A DNA stretch of 64,000 nt from Candidatus Altimarinota bacterium (GCA_046314355.1 JBKBWQ010000001.1:960001-1024000); one strand, 5' to 3'; counted from the stretch's first letter, positions 48,905 through 59,500 are shown. Notes: generated by a model not told the origin, from the letters alone. A program made the numbers and translations.

Positions 48905-48944
48905 CTTACTCACTTACTCAATTACTCTTTTACTCTTTCCCTCT
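48905..48944. repeat. degenerate 8-mer tandem repeat
   Basis: CTTACTCA CTTACTCA ATTACTCT TTTACTCT TTCCCTCT. Confidence 0.6.
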
Positions 48945-48963
48945 CACTTCTCCTCTTTTTTCC

Positions 48964-48992
48964 TTGCACTCTTTTCTACATTATGCTACATT
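48964..48992 (+). promoter_or_regulatory. tRNA promoter
   Basis: TTGCAC, 17 nt, TACATT with TG extension. Confidence 0.55.
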
Positions 48993-49004
48993 TTTGCGTG
49001 CTGT

Positions 49005-49080
49005 GGGTTGGTAGCTCAGTCGGTAGAGCAGCGCCCTCTTAAGGCGATGGTCGTGGGTTCGATCCCCACCCGGCCCACCA
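49005..49080 (+). tRNA. tRNA-Lys (anticodon CTT)
   Basis: 76-nt cloverleaf: GGGTTGG/CCGGCCC acceptor, D arm GCTC/GAGC, loop CT-CTT-AA, GTTCGAT T loop, encoded CCA. Confidence 0.96.
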
Positions 49081-49100
49081 GAATTTTCTAGGAAAATTCA

Positions 49101-49203
49101 AGTAATTAGTAACTAGTACTTAGTCTTTAGGAGGCTCTTTTTGTGATAATACACTGTAAGAAAATTCTCCTAAGTACTCAATACTCTCACTATCACTCAC
49201 ACT
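49101..49203. repeat. degenerate 7-mer tandem repeats in inverted arrangement
   Basis: AGTAATT AGTAACT AGTACTT AGTCTTT AGGAG … CTCCTAAGTACT CAATACT CTCACT ATCACT. Confidence 0.55.
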
Positions 49204-49287
49204 CCAAGCCCAAGAGTCTCAAACATGACATTTGAGCCTTTTCATACTCATATGCTACAATAGATAGACTTCTCTTGATATTCCCAA

Positions 49288-50163
49288 ATGCGCACCTTTC
49301 AAAATAAAAAAACATTTTGGCTCCTTGCTCTGCTTTTCGTCAGTATTATTTGGGGTACAAGTTTTCTAGTGATTAAACATATCCTTCTAGATGTGTCACC
49401 ATTTAGCTATCTTTCACTTCGGTTTGGAATAGCATTTTTGATTATGCTGCTACTTTACTACAAGAAACTTCGTCATCCTGGAGACCTTTTTTCTTGGGAA
49501 GGACTTATTTCTGGTGTGTTACTCTCAGGAGTGTATATTTTGTCTTCTATAGGTGTAGAATATACTAGTGCTTCAAATGCAACATTTATCACGAATCTCT
49601 TCATGATCTTTACCCCATTTATTGAGGTAGTATTTGCAAAGCATAAATTACAAAGAAAATATCTTTATGCTAGTTTCTTAGGAATATTAGGATTTTTCTT
49701 TATTAGCGGTCTTTCTGATCTTGTTTTTAATGTAGGTGATGGTTTAATGCTGTTGAGTGCAGTGTTTCTATCTATTCACTTTGTTTGCACCGAAAATTTT
49801 ACTCAAAGACGTTCTCCAGAAAATCTTGTCACCACTGAAGCTGGAGTAGTATTTATAACTGCTTTAATCATTGGAACTCTACATGGATCCTTAGCACTTC
49901 CATCCAATATTGATACATACTTACCTATTGCTTACCTTGCTATCTTTTCAACTATTTTAGCATTTGAAATCATTGCTCAGGCAGAGAAGTATATTGAAAG
50001 TACTCAAACAGCAATAATTATTTCACTGCAGGGAGTTTGGGCACTTTTATTCGCTCTAAGTCTTCAGCTGGAAGTACTAACGATACACAAAATTATAGGT
50101 GTAATCATCATGACAGCTGCAATTCTTGTCGCAGAGGCATCTATTAAGAAGACTCCTATATAA
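49288..50163 (+). CDS. DMT/EamA family transporter
   Basis: IWGTSF, RFGIA, TSASNATFIT, GDGLML; 10 TM. Confidence 0.93.
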   Translation: MRTFQNKKTFWLLALLFVSIIWGTSFLVIKHILLDVSPFSYLSLRFGIAFLIMLLLYYKKLRHPGDLFSWEGLISGVLLSGVYILSSIGVEYTSASNATFITNLFMIFTPFIEVVFAKHKLQRKYLYASFLGILGFFFISGLSDLVFNVGDGLMLLSAVFLSIHFVCTENFTQRRSPENLVTTEAGVVFITALIIGTLHGSLALPSNIDTYLPIAYLAIFSTILAFEIIAQAEKYIESTQTAIIISLQGVWALLFALSLQLEVLTIHKIIGVIIMTAAILVAEASIKKTPI

Positions 50164-50222
50164 GACGTATTGCAGTTCTGTAGATCCACGCTATACTTTA
50201 GATAATTTCACATTCCTCTTGT

Positions 50223-50474
50223 ATGAAGTTTCTTTCTTCCCTCTTTGTAGTTATTCTGTTACTCGGCGTAGGTTTTCTGCTTTTTCAGACCTCTATTGTG
50301 CCTCTTTATTCTCAGGAAAAAAGTATCAACAAATCTCTGATTTTTGTTGAAAAGTTTTCTTTTGAAGATAGAAAAGATGCATTCATTGCAAGACTTCAGT
50401 ATTGGTTTCGAGCCGATGATAGCTTTACTACAGCAAGCGGCAATACAATGACCTCAAGTGGTATCTCATTTTAA
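50223..50474 (+). CDS. small membrane-anchored hypothetical protein
   Basis: N-terminal hydrophobic helix; 83 aa. Confidence 0.6.
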   Translation: MKFLSSLFVVILLLGVGFLLFQTSIVPLYSQEKSINKSLIFVEKFSFEDRKDAFIARLQYWFRADDSFTTASGNTMTSSGISF

Positions 50475-50482
50475 AAGAAAGT

Positions 50483-50605
50483 ATGAAATATATTATTCAA
50501 TCCCTGATCCTTTTCATATTACTGGTTATTTCGATACTTTTTCTTCTTCCAAGTATATCTGATTCTAGAATAGAGATCGATGTACCTACATATACGCAGA
50601 AATAA
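50483..50605 (+). CDS. 40-aa single-TM small protein (unannotated)
   Basis: MKYIIQSLILFILLVISILFLLPSISDSRIEIDVPTYTQK*, 8 nt after the previous stop. Confidence 0.5.
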   Translation: MKYIIQSLILFILLVISILFLLPSISDSRIEIDVPTYTQK

Positions 50606-50665
50606 CTTCTGGACAATAAAACACATCCTGCATTAGACTGAAATTGAATATTTATAACATGCACT

Positions 50666-51679
50666 ATGGAAATATTTTTCACTATTTTTGGAGTCCTGGC
50701 ATTCATACTTTTATACATGCGTATCAACGCATTAGGCAAAGAAAAAGATACTGTTCAAAAGGAGTTATCACAAATGAGAACACTACTTGATACAAAGCTC
50801 TATCAGCAGACAAATACAATAGACACGCGTATTCAGGCAAGTACGAACAATATGCTAGAGCTTACACGTACTATGGCTGAGGTAAAAGAATCCAATAAAA
50901 AGATTCATGAGCTTGGAAAAGATATTGCTTCACTAAGTGATATTTTAAAGTCCCCGAAACTTCGGGGGAATCTTGGAGAGTATCTATTAGAAGAAGTACT
51001 TAAAAATTATCTACACCCTGAACAATTTTCTCTTCAATACGGCTTTAAAAGCGGAGAGAAGGTTGACGCTTGTATTCATCTTTCTGGATCTCACATCCTC
51101 TCTATAGATTCCAAGTTTCCACTTGAGAATTTTCAGAAGTACCTTAATGCAGATGAGAGTGATAAAGATGCCTATTACAGACAGTTTTTGAGAGATGTGA
51201 AAAAACATATTGATGCTATCTCTACTAAGTATATTCTCCCCCAGGAACAGACCTTTGATTTTGCTCTTATGTATATACCGGCAGAAAGTATTTATTATGA
51301 TCTTATGGTGTCTGGACAGGAGTCTGAGTTAACCACTTATGCATTTAGCAAAAAAGTCATCCCTGTTTCCCCTTCAACCTTATTTACATACGTACAAATA
51401 CTTCTTTTAGGCTTTAAAGGTTTGAAGATTGAGGAAAACGCAGAGAAAATACTCCGTAATATATCTCAGCTGCAAAAGTATATTGAGAATATGAGTATAG
51501 AGTTTGATAAATTAGGCAAGCATCTTGGAAATGCCCAGGGAAGCTACCAGGCGACAACAAAAGCACTCTCCCGGGTAACACTTGTAAGTGACGCAATGGA
51601 GAAAGAGATCGAGGAAGAAAAGCCTGAACTAGAATTACCCGCTGCCCGAAAGGAGAATATCCAAGTCGAAATACTATAG
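50666..51679 (+). CDS. rmuC: DNA recombination protein RmuC
   Basis: RGNLGE, IDSKFP, KYI, DFALMYIPAES, VSPSTL. Confidence 0.93.
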   Translation: MEIFFTIFGVLAFILLYMRINALGKEKDTVQKELSQMRTLLDTKLYQQTNTIDTRIQASTNNMLELTRTMAEVKESNKKIHELGKDIASLSDILKSPKLRGNLGEYLLEEVLKNYLHPEQFSLQYGFKSGEKVDACIHLSGSHILSIDSKFPLENFQKYLNADESDKDAYYRQFLRDVKKHIDAISTKYILPQEQTFDFALMYIPAESIYYDLMVSGQESELTTYAFSKKVIPVSPSTLFTYVQILLLGFKGLKIEENAEKILRNISQLQKYIENMSIEFDKLGKHLGNAQGSYQATTKALSRVTLVSDAMEKEIEEEKPELELPAARKENIQVEIL

Positions 51680-51686
51680 AAAATTT

Positions 51687-52184
51687 ATGAGTACCAAGCT
51701 CTCAACGTTGAAAACTTTTCTATCAAGTAAAGACTGTTTTACTCTCGATGATTTCAAAAGCTTTCCTGCTGTATTACATTTAGCTGTCTTTAAAGAACCA
51801 TTTTTAAGTTTGATCTTTAGCGGGACTAAAACTTTGGAGTCACGTCTTTCAAAGCACCGTTCTCCGCCTTATCAAAAAGTGTCTCCTGGAGATATTATAC
51901 TTTTAAAAGAATCCTCAGGACCTTTAAAAGGATTTTGCACCGTGAAAAATGTGGTTTATCTTGGTCCTCTTACGACTCAAGAGATGCACATGACTGTAGA
52001 TCAATATAGTAAAGATCTCTGTCTTACAGAGGATTTTAAGAGAGAAAAGAAAGAAAGCAGATATATTTCTTTATTTGAATTAGAAAATATTACTTCAGTG
52101 CATCTAGTCTCTATTATAAAAAAGGATCCTCGTTCCTGGATCAAAATAACAAATCCTTCAAATAACGCTCAGGAGATTTCATAA
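51687..52184 (+). CDS. ASCH domain protein
   Basis: HLAVF…IFSGTKTLESR (GxKxxExR), PGDIILLK. Confidence 0.82.
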   Translation: MSTKLSTLKTFLSSKDCFTLDDFKSFPAVLHLAVFKEPFLSLIFSGTKTLESRLSKHRSPPYQKVSPGDIILLKESSGPLKGFCTVKNVVYLGPLTTQEMHMTVDQYSKDLCLTEDFKREKKESRYISLFELENITSVHLVSIIKKDPRSWIKITNPSNNAQEIS

Positions 52185-52881
52185 AATCTTCCATCAAAGT
52201 AAAGTTTTCTACCTCCTCCTTCTTTTTTCTAAAAATACCTTTTTCAGAGAATTCATAAATCCAAGCATTTGGATAAGAGAGAAGAATAGGGGAGTGGGTA
52301 GCAATAACAAACTGGGATGCTTCCTTTTCACATAGTTCATGGATTCTGGATAGAAGAGTCATTTGTCTTTTTACAGATAAGGCTGCTTCAGGCTCGTCTA
52401 GTATGTAGATTCCTTGTCCTCCAAGCCGGTGTTCAAGAAGAGCTATGAAACTTTCTCCGTGAGATTGATGGTGAAGACTTTTTCCACCATAACTATCTAT
52501 TATTTTTGGCTGCATCACTGGATCATCATCCAGTTCTCGTATATGTGTTGCCACATTGTAATAGCTCTCTGCTCGCAGAAAGTAACTGTCTCTCGCCCGA
52601 ATAATCCCCTTTGCTACAGTTAAGTACATATCTAAGTTTGATGTAGTTTCTTCAGTAGAAAAATTCATATTTCTACTGCCTCCCTCCGCATTTAATCCAA
52701 AGGACTTTGCAAGCGCCTCAAGGAGAGTAGATTTTCCAGATCCATTTTCCCCTACAAAGAATGTAACCTTTGGGTGGAATTCTATCTTCTCAAAGATTTT
52801 TATTGAAGGAATAGTAAAAGGGTACTCGTTTTCGGGATATTCGTCCTTTTTTCTGATTGAGACTAAATACTGTTCTTTCAT
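52141..52881 (-). CDS. AAA/ABC-type predicted ATPase (COG3910-like)
   Basis: GENGSGKST, FLRAES, QSHGESF, LDEPEAALS, ATHSPIL; only TGA-terminated gene in the window. Confidence 0.92.
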   Translation of the reverse strand: MKEQYLVSIRKKDEYPENEYPFTIPSIKIFEKIEFHPKVTFFVGENGSGKSTLLEALAKSFGLNAEGGSRNMNFSTEETTSNLDMYLTVAKGIIRARDSYFLRAESYYNVATHIRELDDDPVMQPKIIDSYGGKSLHHQSHGESFIALLEHRLGGQGIYILDEPEAALSVKRQMTLLSRIHELCEKEASQFVIATHSPILLSYPNAWIYEFSEKGIFRKKKEEVENFTLMEDFMKSPERYLKDLLF

Positions 52882-52884
52882 ATA

Positions 52885-53403
52885 TTATTTTGGAAAGTGG
52901 ACCCAATCTTTTACTTTCTCTAAACTTAATTCCAATCTGTCGGAGAATTCCTCATCTTTAATATGTAGTGATATATCATTATTAAAGTGTTTCAAAAACT
53001 CTTCGTGTTGTTCGTAGAGTAGAGTTATGCGTTCAGTGGAATCGGCATATCCTTTTGCGATATAGAGTTTTTCAAAAAATGTACGACTTAAATCAATACT
53101 GATAATAAAAATATTATAATCATTCTCTATAAGTATCTGTTTCAAATATTCCCAGCGCCCATCAATGCTTGAGGCAAAGACAAAAGAATATTCTGATGTA
53201 AGTAGATCATACATCCTTTTATCTCTTTTAATAGCAAACTCATTCTGATCCACATCAAAATTCATATGATCCTCAATTAGCTCTGCCATAACTGCATCAT
53301 TATCAAAAATAGGTACTCCCAGGTTACAGCTAAGAAACTGGACAATAGGTATTTTTGAACTCCCTACCATTCCTGCAAAAAGAATACAGAATTTCTTAAT
53401 CAT
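52885..53403 (-). CDS. P-loop kinase-like protein with degenerate Walker A
   Basis: ILFAGMVGSSKI, IFDNDAV. Confidence 0.6.
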   Translation of the reverse strand: MIKKFCILFAGMVGSSKIPIVQFLSCNLGVPIFDNDAVMAELIEDHMNFDVDQNEFAIKRDKRMYDLLTSEYSFVFASSIDGRWEYLKQILIENDYNIFIISIDLSRTFFEKLYIAKGYADSTERITLLYEQHEEFLKHFNNDISLHIKDEEFSDRLELSLEKVKDWVHFPK

Positions 53404-53411
53404 AAAAATAT

Positions 53412-55091
53412 TTACGAATTAATCCTCACATCTACCATCCTGACCTGCAGACTCTTTTTCCCCTGCCACTCATTAATATCCAGCTGAAAAGCGATGTCTA
53501 GACTTTTGTTTTTCATATCCTCTACATATTCTCCAAAGCTGAATCCTACTCCTCTAATACCATTTTGGAGTTCAAAAGATAGATGTTTTCCCTCAGCTCC
53601 CATAGTACGAAGTCCTAAAAGTTCAATACTCTCGAGTACAAAAGTTGGTTTCTCATTTCCAATACCAAAGGGTTCTAGCGTTGTCAGTTCGTCAAAAGTC
53701 TGCCAGGATAATTCATCTAACTTGATATCCGATTCAAGTCTTAATTTTCCTTTTAGCTCCTTATCTCCAAGTTCTCTTTTAGCTATTTCAAAAAGCTTTT
53801 CTCTCATCAAAGGATAGTGCTCTTTTTTGATACTAAATCCGGCTGCTCCAGGATGACCCCCAAAGTGTTCAAATAAATCTCCTACTTCAGTAATAGCTTC
53901 AATGATATTGAATTCTTCTACACTTCTACAGGAAGCGACTAAGTCATCTCCTTTATCTGCTAGTACTATCACTGGCTTTGCAAATTTTTCTACCAAACGG
54001 CTCGCAATAAGACCATTTATACCAGAATTCCAGTTAGGAGAATCTACAATGATCATTTTTTGTGTTCCGTCTTCCTTTGCCAAACGTTCCATCGCTTCCT
54101 TTGAAAAATCCTCTGTAATTGTTCTTCTTTCTGCATTCAAAGCATGAAGCTTTTTTGCAATTTCATCAACGCTATCTGTCGTATTGAGAAACAAATGAAG
54201 TGCATCGTATGCAGAGTCTAGACGTCCAGCGGCATTGAGTCTAGGAGCTATCATAAAGGCTACCCCAATAGCATTCAGAGACTTTGGGTCTACTCCTGCC
54301 ACGTCCATAAGTACCTCTAGTCCTCGTATTGGTTCTTCCCGCATGCCTTGAAGACCAATCTTTACCATAGCTCTATTCTCTCCTATCAGAGGAGTACAGT
54401 CTGCAATCAATCCAATAATCGCAATCTGGTAAAGATTCTTTACAAAAGCATTTCTCTCTGCTCTGTCTAGAATAAATGCACTTCCTAAAGCCTCGGCAAG
54501 TTTAAGAGCCACTCCAGATCCAGATAATTCTTTAAATGGATATGGACAGCCTTCAAGTTTGGGATTGAGTGTAGCAACAGCTTTTGGAAGCTTATCCTTT
54601 GGGGGAGGAGTATGATGATCTGTAACTATGATGTCCATTCCTAAATCATTTGCATAAGCTATTTCACGAGCTGCAGCGATACCGTTGTCTACAGTGATAA
54701 GAACTTTTACATTCAGCTCCTTGAGTTCATCAAGAAAATAATTCTTTAAGCTATAGCCATCTTTCAAACGATGCGGTATACGGTAGGAAACCTCTGCACC
54801 AATCTTCTTCAGCATACGTACAAGTACTGCAGTAGCTGTTACACCGTCTGCATCGTAATCTCCAAATATAACTATTCTTTCTTTATCCTTAATCGCTCTG
54901 TCTATTCTGTCTACTGCTTTCTCCATATCTTCCATCAGGAAAGGGTCATGGATACATTCCTCCGGAGAGGGCAGCAAAAAGCCTTCTCTATCTGATTCAG
55001 AGAATATACCTCTATTCTCGTAGATCTTTGTCATTACATCCTTCTCAGGATCTCTCTGCTTTATTATCCAAGTCTTATTTAAAAGTGACAT
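53412..55091 (-). CDS. recJ: single-stranded DNA exonuclease RecJ
   Basis: GDYDADG, ITVDNG, TDHH, APRLNAAGR, GGHPGAAG. Confidence 0.97.
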   Translation of the reverse strand: MSLLNKTWIIKQRDPEKDVMTKIYENRGIFSESDREGFLLPSPEECIHDPFLMEDMEKAVDRIDRAIKDKERIVIFGDYDADGVTATAVLVRMLKKIGAEVSYRIPHRLKDGYSLKNYFLDELKELNVKVLITVDNGIAAAREIAYANDLGMDIIVTDHHTPPPKDKLPKAVATLNPKLEGCPYPFKELSGSGVALKLAEALGSAFILDRAERNAFVKNLYQIAIIGLIADCTPLIGENRAMVKIGLQGMREEPIRGLEVLMDVAGVDPKSLNAIGVAFMIAPRLNAAGRLDSAYDALHLFLNTTDSVDEIAKKLHALNAERRTITEDFSKEAMERLAKEDGTQKMIIVDSPNWNSGINGLIASRLVEKFAKPVIVLADKGDDLVASCRSVEEFNIIEAITEVGDLFEHFGGHPGAAGFSIKKEHYPLMREKLFEIAKRELGDKELKGKLRLESDIKLDELSWQTFDELTTLEPFGIGNEKPTFVLESIELLGLRTMGAEGKHLSFELQNGIRGVGFSFGEYVEDMKNKSLDIAFQLDINEWQGKKSLQVRMVDVRINS

Positions 55092-55228
55092 AGTGCGTTG
55101 TTATCATTCTCTTTTATCTTAAGCATTCTCTGTGTAATGTAAACGTATTCAAAATGTAAGTGTATATAATTTCTTACAACATCTAAGAATATAAGAATAC
55201 TTATCTCTTCTCAAGGATCGTATTTCAA

Positions 55229-56413
55229 TTATACTACCCCTCTATAATCTGGTTCATTCTTATTATGAATATGTATCTGAGCGCTATTCATAGTTTTGAT
55301 AATCCAATTTTTATAAGCCGGTTCAACGAACTCTTTGATATATTTCAAAATAACAATAGGTGAATCACCTTTTCTCTCCATGTCTCGGCGTATTCTTCTG
55401 ATTAACAGTTCAAACATTTCTACTACGACTGCAACCCGGATAATAGTTGAGTGCGGTATGTTAGAAGGATCAGGAGAGAATTCTTCTAATAAATCAAAGA
55501 TTCCTTCTGCAAACAAATATTCTTTTGGTTCAATGTCTTTTGTACCCACAGGGCTGCTTATATTAAAATCATATCTAGGTGATGTAGTCTTTCTACCATG
55601 CAGAAGATCTACCAGACACTGTACAAACTCTTCTGATTTTAAAGCATTAGGATTATCAAAATCAGGCTTTTTACCTTTAAAAATCTTTTCTTTCTTCATC
55701 TGCTTTTTTCCTTTGTAGAAATGATCTGTAGAAAGTTCAACTGCACGGTCTTCATGTCTTGCAAATAAAGCTTTTGTAAGCTTCGTCTTTCCACCAGCGG
55801 ATGGTCCTCCGATAAGTAAGAGCAGTTTACCTAATGTCTCTTCTGGATTTTGGACTTCTAATTCGGCAATGAGATTTTCTATTTGTGCGAGACCTTCTTT
55901 CATACTTACAAACCTATCTTTATAGGTTTCAAAATACACTTCTTCCTCTTCGGTCGCATATTTAAAGTAATTCCGGTCATCCATCGTCAAAGTATCTATC
56001 CACTTTTGACGTGTTTTGCTTCTTGTTTTTGCATGTCCAATAACAGCACCATTTAATACATCTCCCCGTATACTAATTATCTCCAAAAGATCTCCTTTCT
56101 TTTTCAACTTTTCTCTTTCTATTGTGAGATGAATATCTTCCCGAGCTCTCCCCCGGATACTTTGTATAGCTTTTTCTGCTAGCTTCATTTCATAAGTATC
56201 ATTTCTCTTTACATCATTGATAATCAGCGTATCTCCTTGCAAAAGAGCGTATATTTGCTCTTTTGTATTTCCAGCTAACCCAATAGTTAATTTTTCTACT
56301 TTCTCATCTTCATATTGATTTATTTCCAACTCAGCATTGGGACGCAAAGAAGTAGCTGCTCCAGATTCCATACTTGGTAAATTAGTAGGTATTTTATGAA
56401 AAATAACAGACAT
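55229..56413 (-). CDS. uridine kinase-like protein with ~190-aa unknown N-terminal domain
   Basis: GGPSAGGKT, STDHFY, FDNPNA, PRYDF, EGIF, RRIRRD. Confidence 0.8.
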   Translation of the reverse strand: MSVIFHKIPTNLPSMESGAATSLRPNAELEINQYEDEKVEKLTIGLAGNTKEQIYALLQGDTLIINDVKRNDTYEMKLAEKAIQSIRGRAREDIHLTIEREKLKKKGDLLEIISIRGDVLNGAVIGHAKTRSKTRQKWIDTLTMDDRNYFKYATEEEEVYFETYKDRFVSMKEGLAQIENLIAELEVQNPEETLGKLLLLIGGPSAGGKTKLTKALFARHEDRAVELSTDHFYKGKKQMKKEKIFKGKKPDFDNPNALKSEEFVQCLVDLLHGRKTTSPRYDFNISSPVGTKDIEPKEYLFAEGIFDLLEEFSPDPSNIPHSTIIRVAVVVEMFELLIRRIRRDMERKGDSPIVILKYIKEFVEPAYKNWIIKTMNSAQIHIHNKNEPDYRGVV

Positions 56414-56518
56414 ATGACCATTTTCAAGAGAACATTTTTAATTCTTTTTTCTCTTTTCCTAACCCTAAATTTTAGGTAAGTTTAAAGCATCAGTCCCCAG
56501 TTTTTTGTCTTCACAGTT

Positions 56519-59500
56519 ATGTTCGTACATCTCCATAATCATAGCTACTATTCTCTTCTAGAAGGTCTTTCTAGTCCTGCAAAGCTTGCTGCACGTGTGA
56601 AAGAATTAGGACAGCCTGGCTGTGCTATTACTGATCATGGTGTGATGTATGGTGCAGTTGAATTTTATAAAGCCTGCAAGGAGCAGGATATTACTCCTAT
56701 TATCGGATGTGAAGTGTACGTTGCTGCCACAAACCGTTTTGATAATTCTCCATCTACAGGAACAAAACGTCACAATCTTGTATTAATAGCTGAAAATCAC
56801 ACTGGGTATAAAAATCTTCTTCAGCTTACAACAAAAGCTTTTACTGAAGGATTCTACTATAAGCCTAGAGTGGATTTTGAAATTTTGAAAGAACACTCAG
56901 AAGGGCTTATTTGTCTTTCAAGTGATATCCGAGGAGAAATCTCTCAAAGTATTCTTATGGGAAAGAATGAAGAAGAGCTAAAAGCATTAATTGAGAAATA
57001 TCAGGAAATTTTTGGAAAGGAAAACTATTTTTTGGAAGTAATGGATCATCCCGATATTGAGGATCAGGATAAAGTAAATAAACGTATTATTGAACTCGCT
57101 AAAACCTATGATGTACCTTTAGTAGTGACCAATAACTCTCACTACGCAAAGCCGGAGGATATGGAAGCACATGAGATCATCCTGTGTCTACAGAGTGGAA
57201 AAGACTATGACGATCCTTCCCGTTTTAGTATGCGAAATGGCAATTACTCTCTGCGCTCAGAGGAAGAGCTCCGAGCAATATTTCCAGATATTCCTGAGGC
57301 TTTCGATAATACAGTGAAGATAATGGAGAGATGTCACTATGATTTTCAGTTTGGCGTAAATCTCATTCCAAGCTTCAAAGTCCCTGAGGGAGAAGGTTCA
57401 GAGGAATTATTTTTTAGAAAACTTTGCTGGATAGGAACTATAGAGCGATATGAGCTTCCCTTTAGTGAAGCAGATCTACCTATTCTCGTAAACAAAGCTG
57501 ATAGCGGAGGTCTTGGAAAGAAACTTGGAGATACTTCACCTGAAGAACTACACGAGTTTACTGAGAAATCATATTCTGAAGAGAAAAGAAAGCTTCTTGA
57601 AAACCTTAATGAAAAGCAAAAAGAGATAGTAGACAGACTAGAATATGAAATGTGCGTAATTAATGAAATGGGCTTCTGTACCTATTTTCTTATCGTAAGT
57701 GATTTTATCATGTGGGCTAAGGATAATGGAATTGCCGTTGGACCAGGTCGTGGATCTGCAGCGGGTGCTATCGTTGCCTATGTACTAAAGATTACGGACC
57801 TTGATCCGCTTCCACATAGTTTGCTTTTCGAGCGATTCTTGAATCCTGCCCGAGTATCAATGCCGGATATTGATACGGACTTTGAGGACGTACGACGTCT
57901 CGAAGTACTAGATTATGTGACAGAAAAATACGGTAAACAGAATGTAGCACAGATCTGTACATTCGGATCACTTAAGGCAAAACAAGCAATAAAGGATACA
58001 GGGAGATCTCTCGGAATTCCTTATGGAGAGATGGATAATCTGGTAAAAAAAATTACGGAAAAGCTTGGAACAAAGCTAAAAGACATTATTGCTTTCAATC
58101 CGGAGATAAAAGAAGCAATGCAGAATCCGACATATAAACGTGTCTTTGACCTAGCTGTGAATGTGGAGGGAGTAGTCAGGCAGCTTGGAGTGCACGCATG
58201 TGCAGTAGTTATTTCAGAAAAACCTCTCACAGAATATACTGCTCTGCAGTTTCCGCCGAAGGATAAAAAATATCTCGTAACGGGATATAATGCAAAGCCT
58301 CTTGAAATGCTTGGACTGTTAAAGATGGACTTCTTGGGACTTCGAAACTTAACCATTCTACAGCAGGCAATAAAGGTTATTGAAAGAACAAAGGGTGTAA
58401 CAATAGACCTAGGTAAACTTCCTTTGGATGATAAAAAGACTTATGAACTTTTTGCTAGAGGAGACACAAAGGGTGTCTTTCAGTTCGAGTCGGAGGGTAT
58501 GAGAAAATGGCTTCGTGAGTTAAAATCTACATGTTTTGAAGATATCATCGCCATGGTATCAATGTACCGCCCTGGACCAATGGCATGGATACCTGTCTAC
58601 ATTGGTAAGAAACATAACCTTAAGATTCAGTTTCCGTCCCCAGAAGCAGAGGAGAATTTCAAAAAACTTGAGCTGGTACTTGATAAGTACCCTGATGTTC
58701 GAAAGATTCTTGAGAATACAAATCTTATTCCAATCTATCAGGAACAGATTCTACAGCTTGCACAGAAATTTTCAGGATTTAGTCTTGGTGGAGCAGACCT
58801 CCTTCGAAGAGCGATTGGTAAAAAAATCGCAGAGGAGCTTCTTGCTCAGAAAGAAAAATTCATTGAAGGTGCAAAAGCCATTGGAAACTCACCTGAGGAT
58901 GCAAAGTTTATCTTTGAAAAGGGTATTGAGCCATTCGCAGACTATGGATTTAATAAATCTCACGCTGCCTGTTATGCCCTTATTGCTTATCAGACTGGAT
59001 ATTTGAAGGCCCATTATCCTACGGAGTTCATGACTGCCCTATTAAGCACTGTTGAAGATAACACAGAGAAACTTCTCATACAGATTGAAGACTGTAGCGC
59101 AATGAACATTGAGATTCTACAGCCAGATGTAAATGAATCTCTCGTTCACTTTACAGCAGTGAAAGACGGGCAGATCCGCTTTGGACTTAACGCCATCAAA
59201 GGGTTTGGTCTTGAATCCGCAAGAGAGATTGTAAGGTGCAGAGAAAAAGCTGGAGCATTCACTTCAGTGGAAGATTTTATTAAAAGAGCACCGAAATCTA
59301 TTATTACACGAAAATCCCTTGAAGCATTGATTCTTGGAGGAGCTCTTGATTCCTTAGGTGAAGATAGAAAAGTTTTATTTTCAAATCTTGAAACGCTCAT
59401 TGAATACTCAAAGGAACATCACGATAAAGAGGCAAGAGGACAAACAGATATTTTTGCTGCTTTTGGAGGAGATAGTAGTCAAAATGGTCTTCAATTACAG

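Noticed and set aside
48882-49091. 69-aa ORF
   Set aside because: Overlaps the tRNA gene and repeats
48780-49210. CRISPR array or prophage/island integrated at tRNA-Lys
   Set aside because: No repeat-spacer periodicity, no cas or integrase gene, and no duplicated tRNA 3' end seen
50497-50739. 80-aa minus-strand ORF ending in TGA
   Set aside because: Antisense to rmuC and the small TM ORF; no motif; not counted as a gene
57420-57640. Intein in dnaE
   Set aside because: Insert is only ~55 aa with no C/S start or HN-C/S/T end
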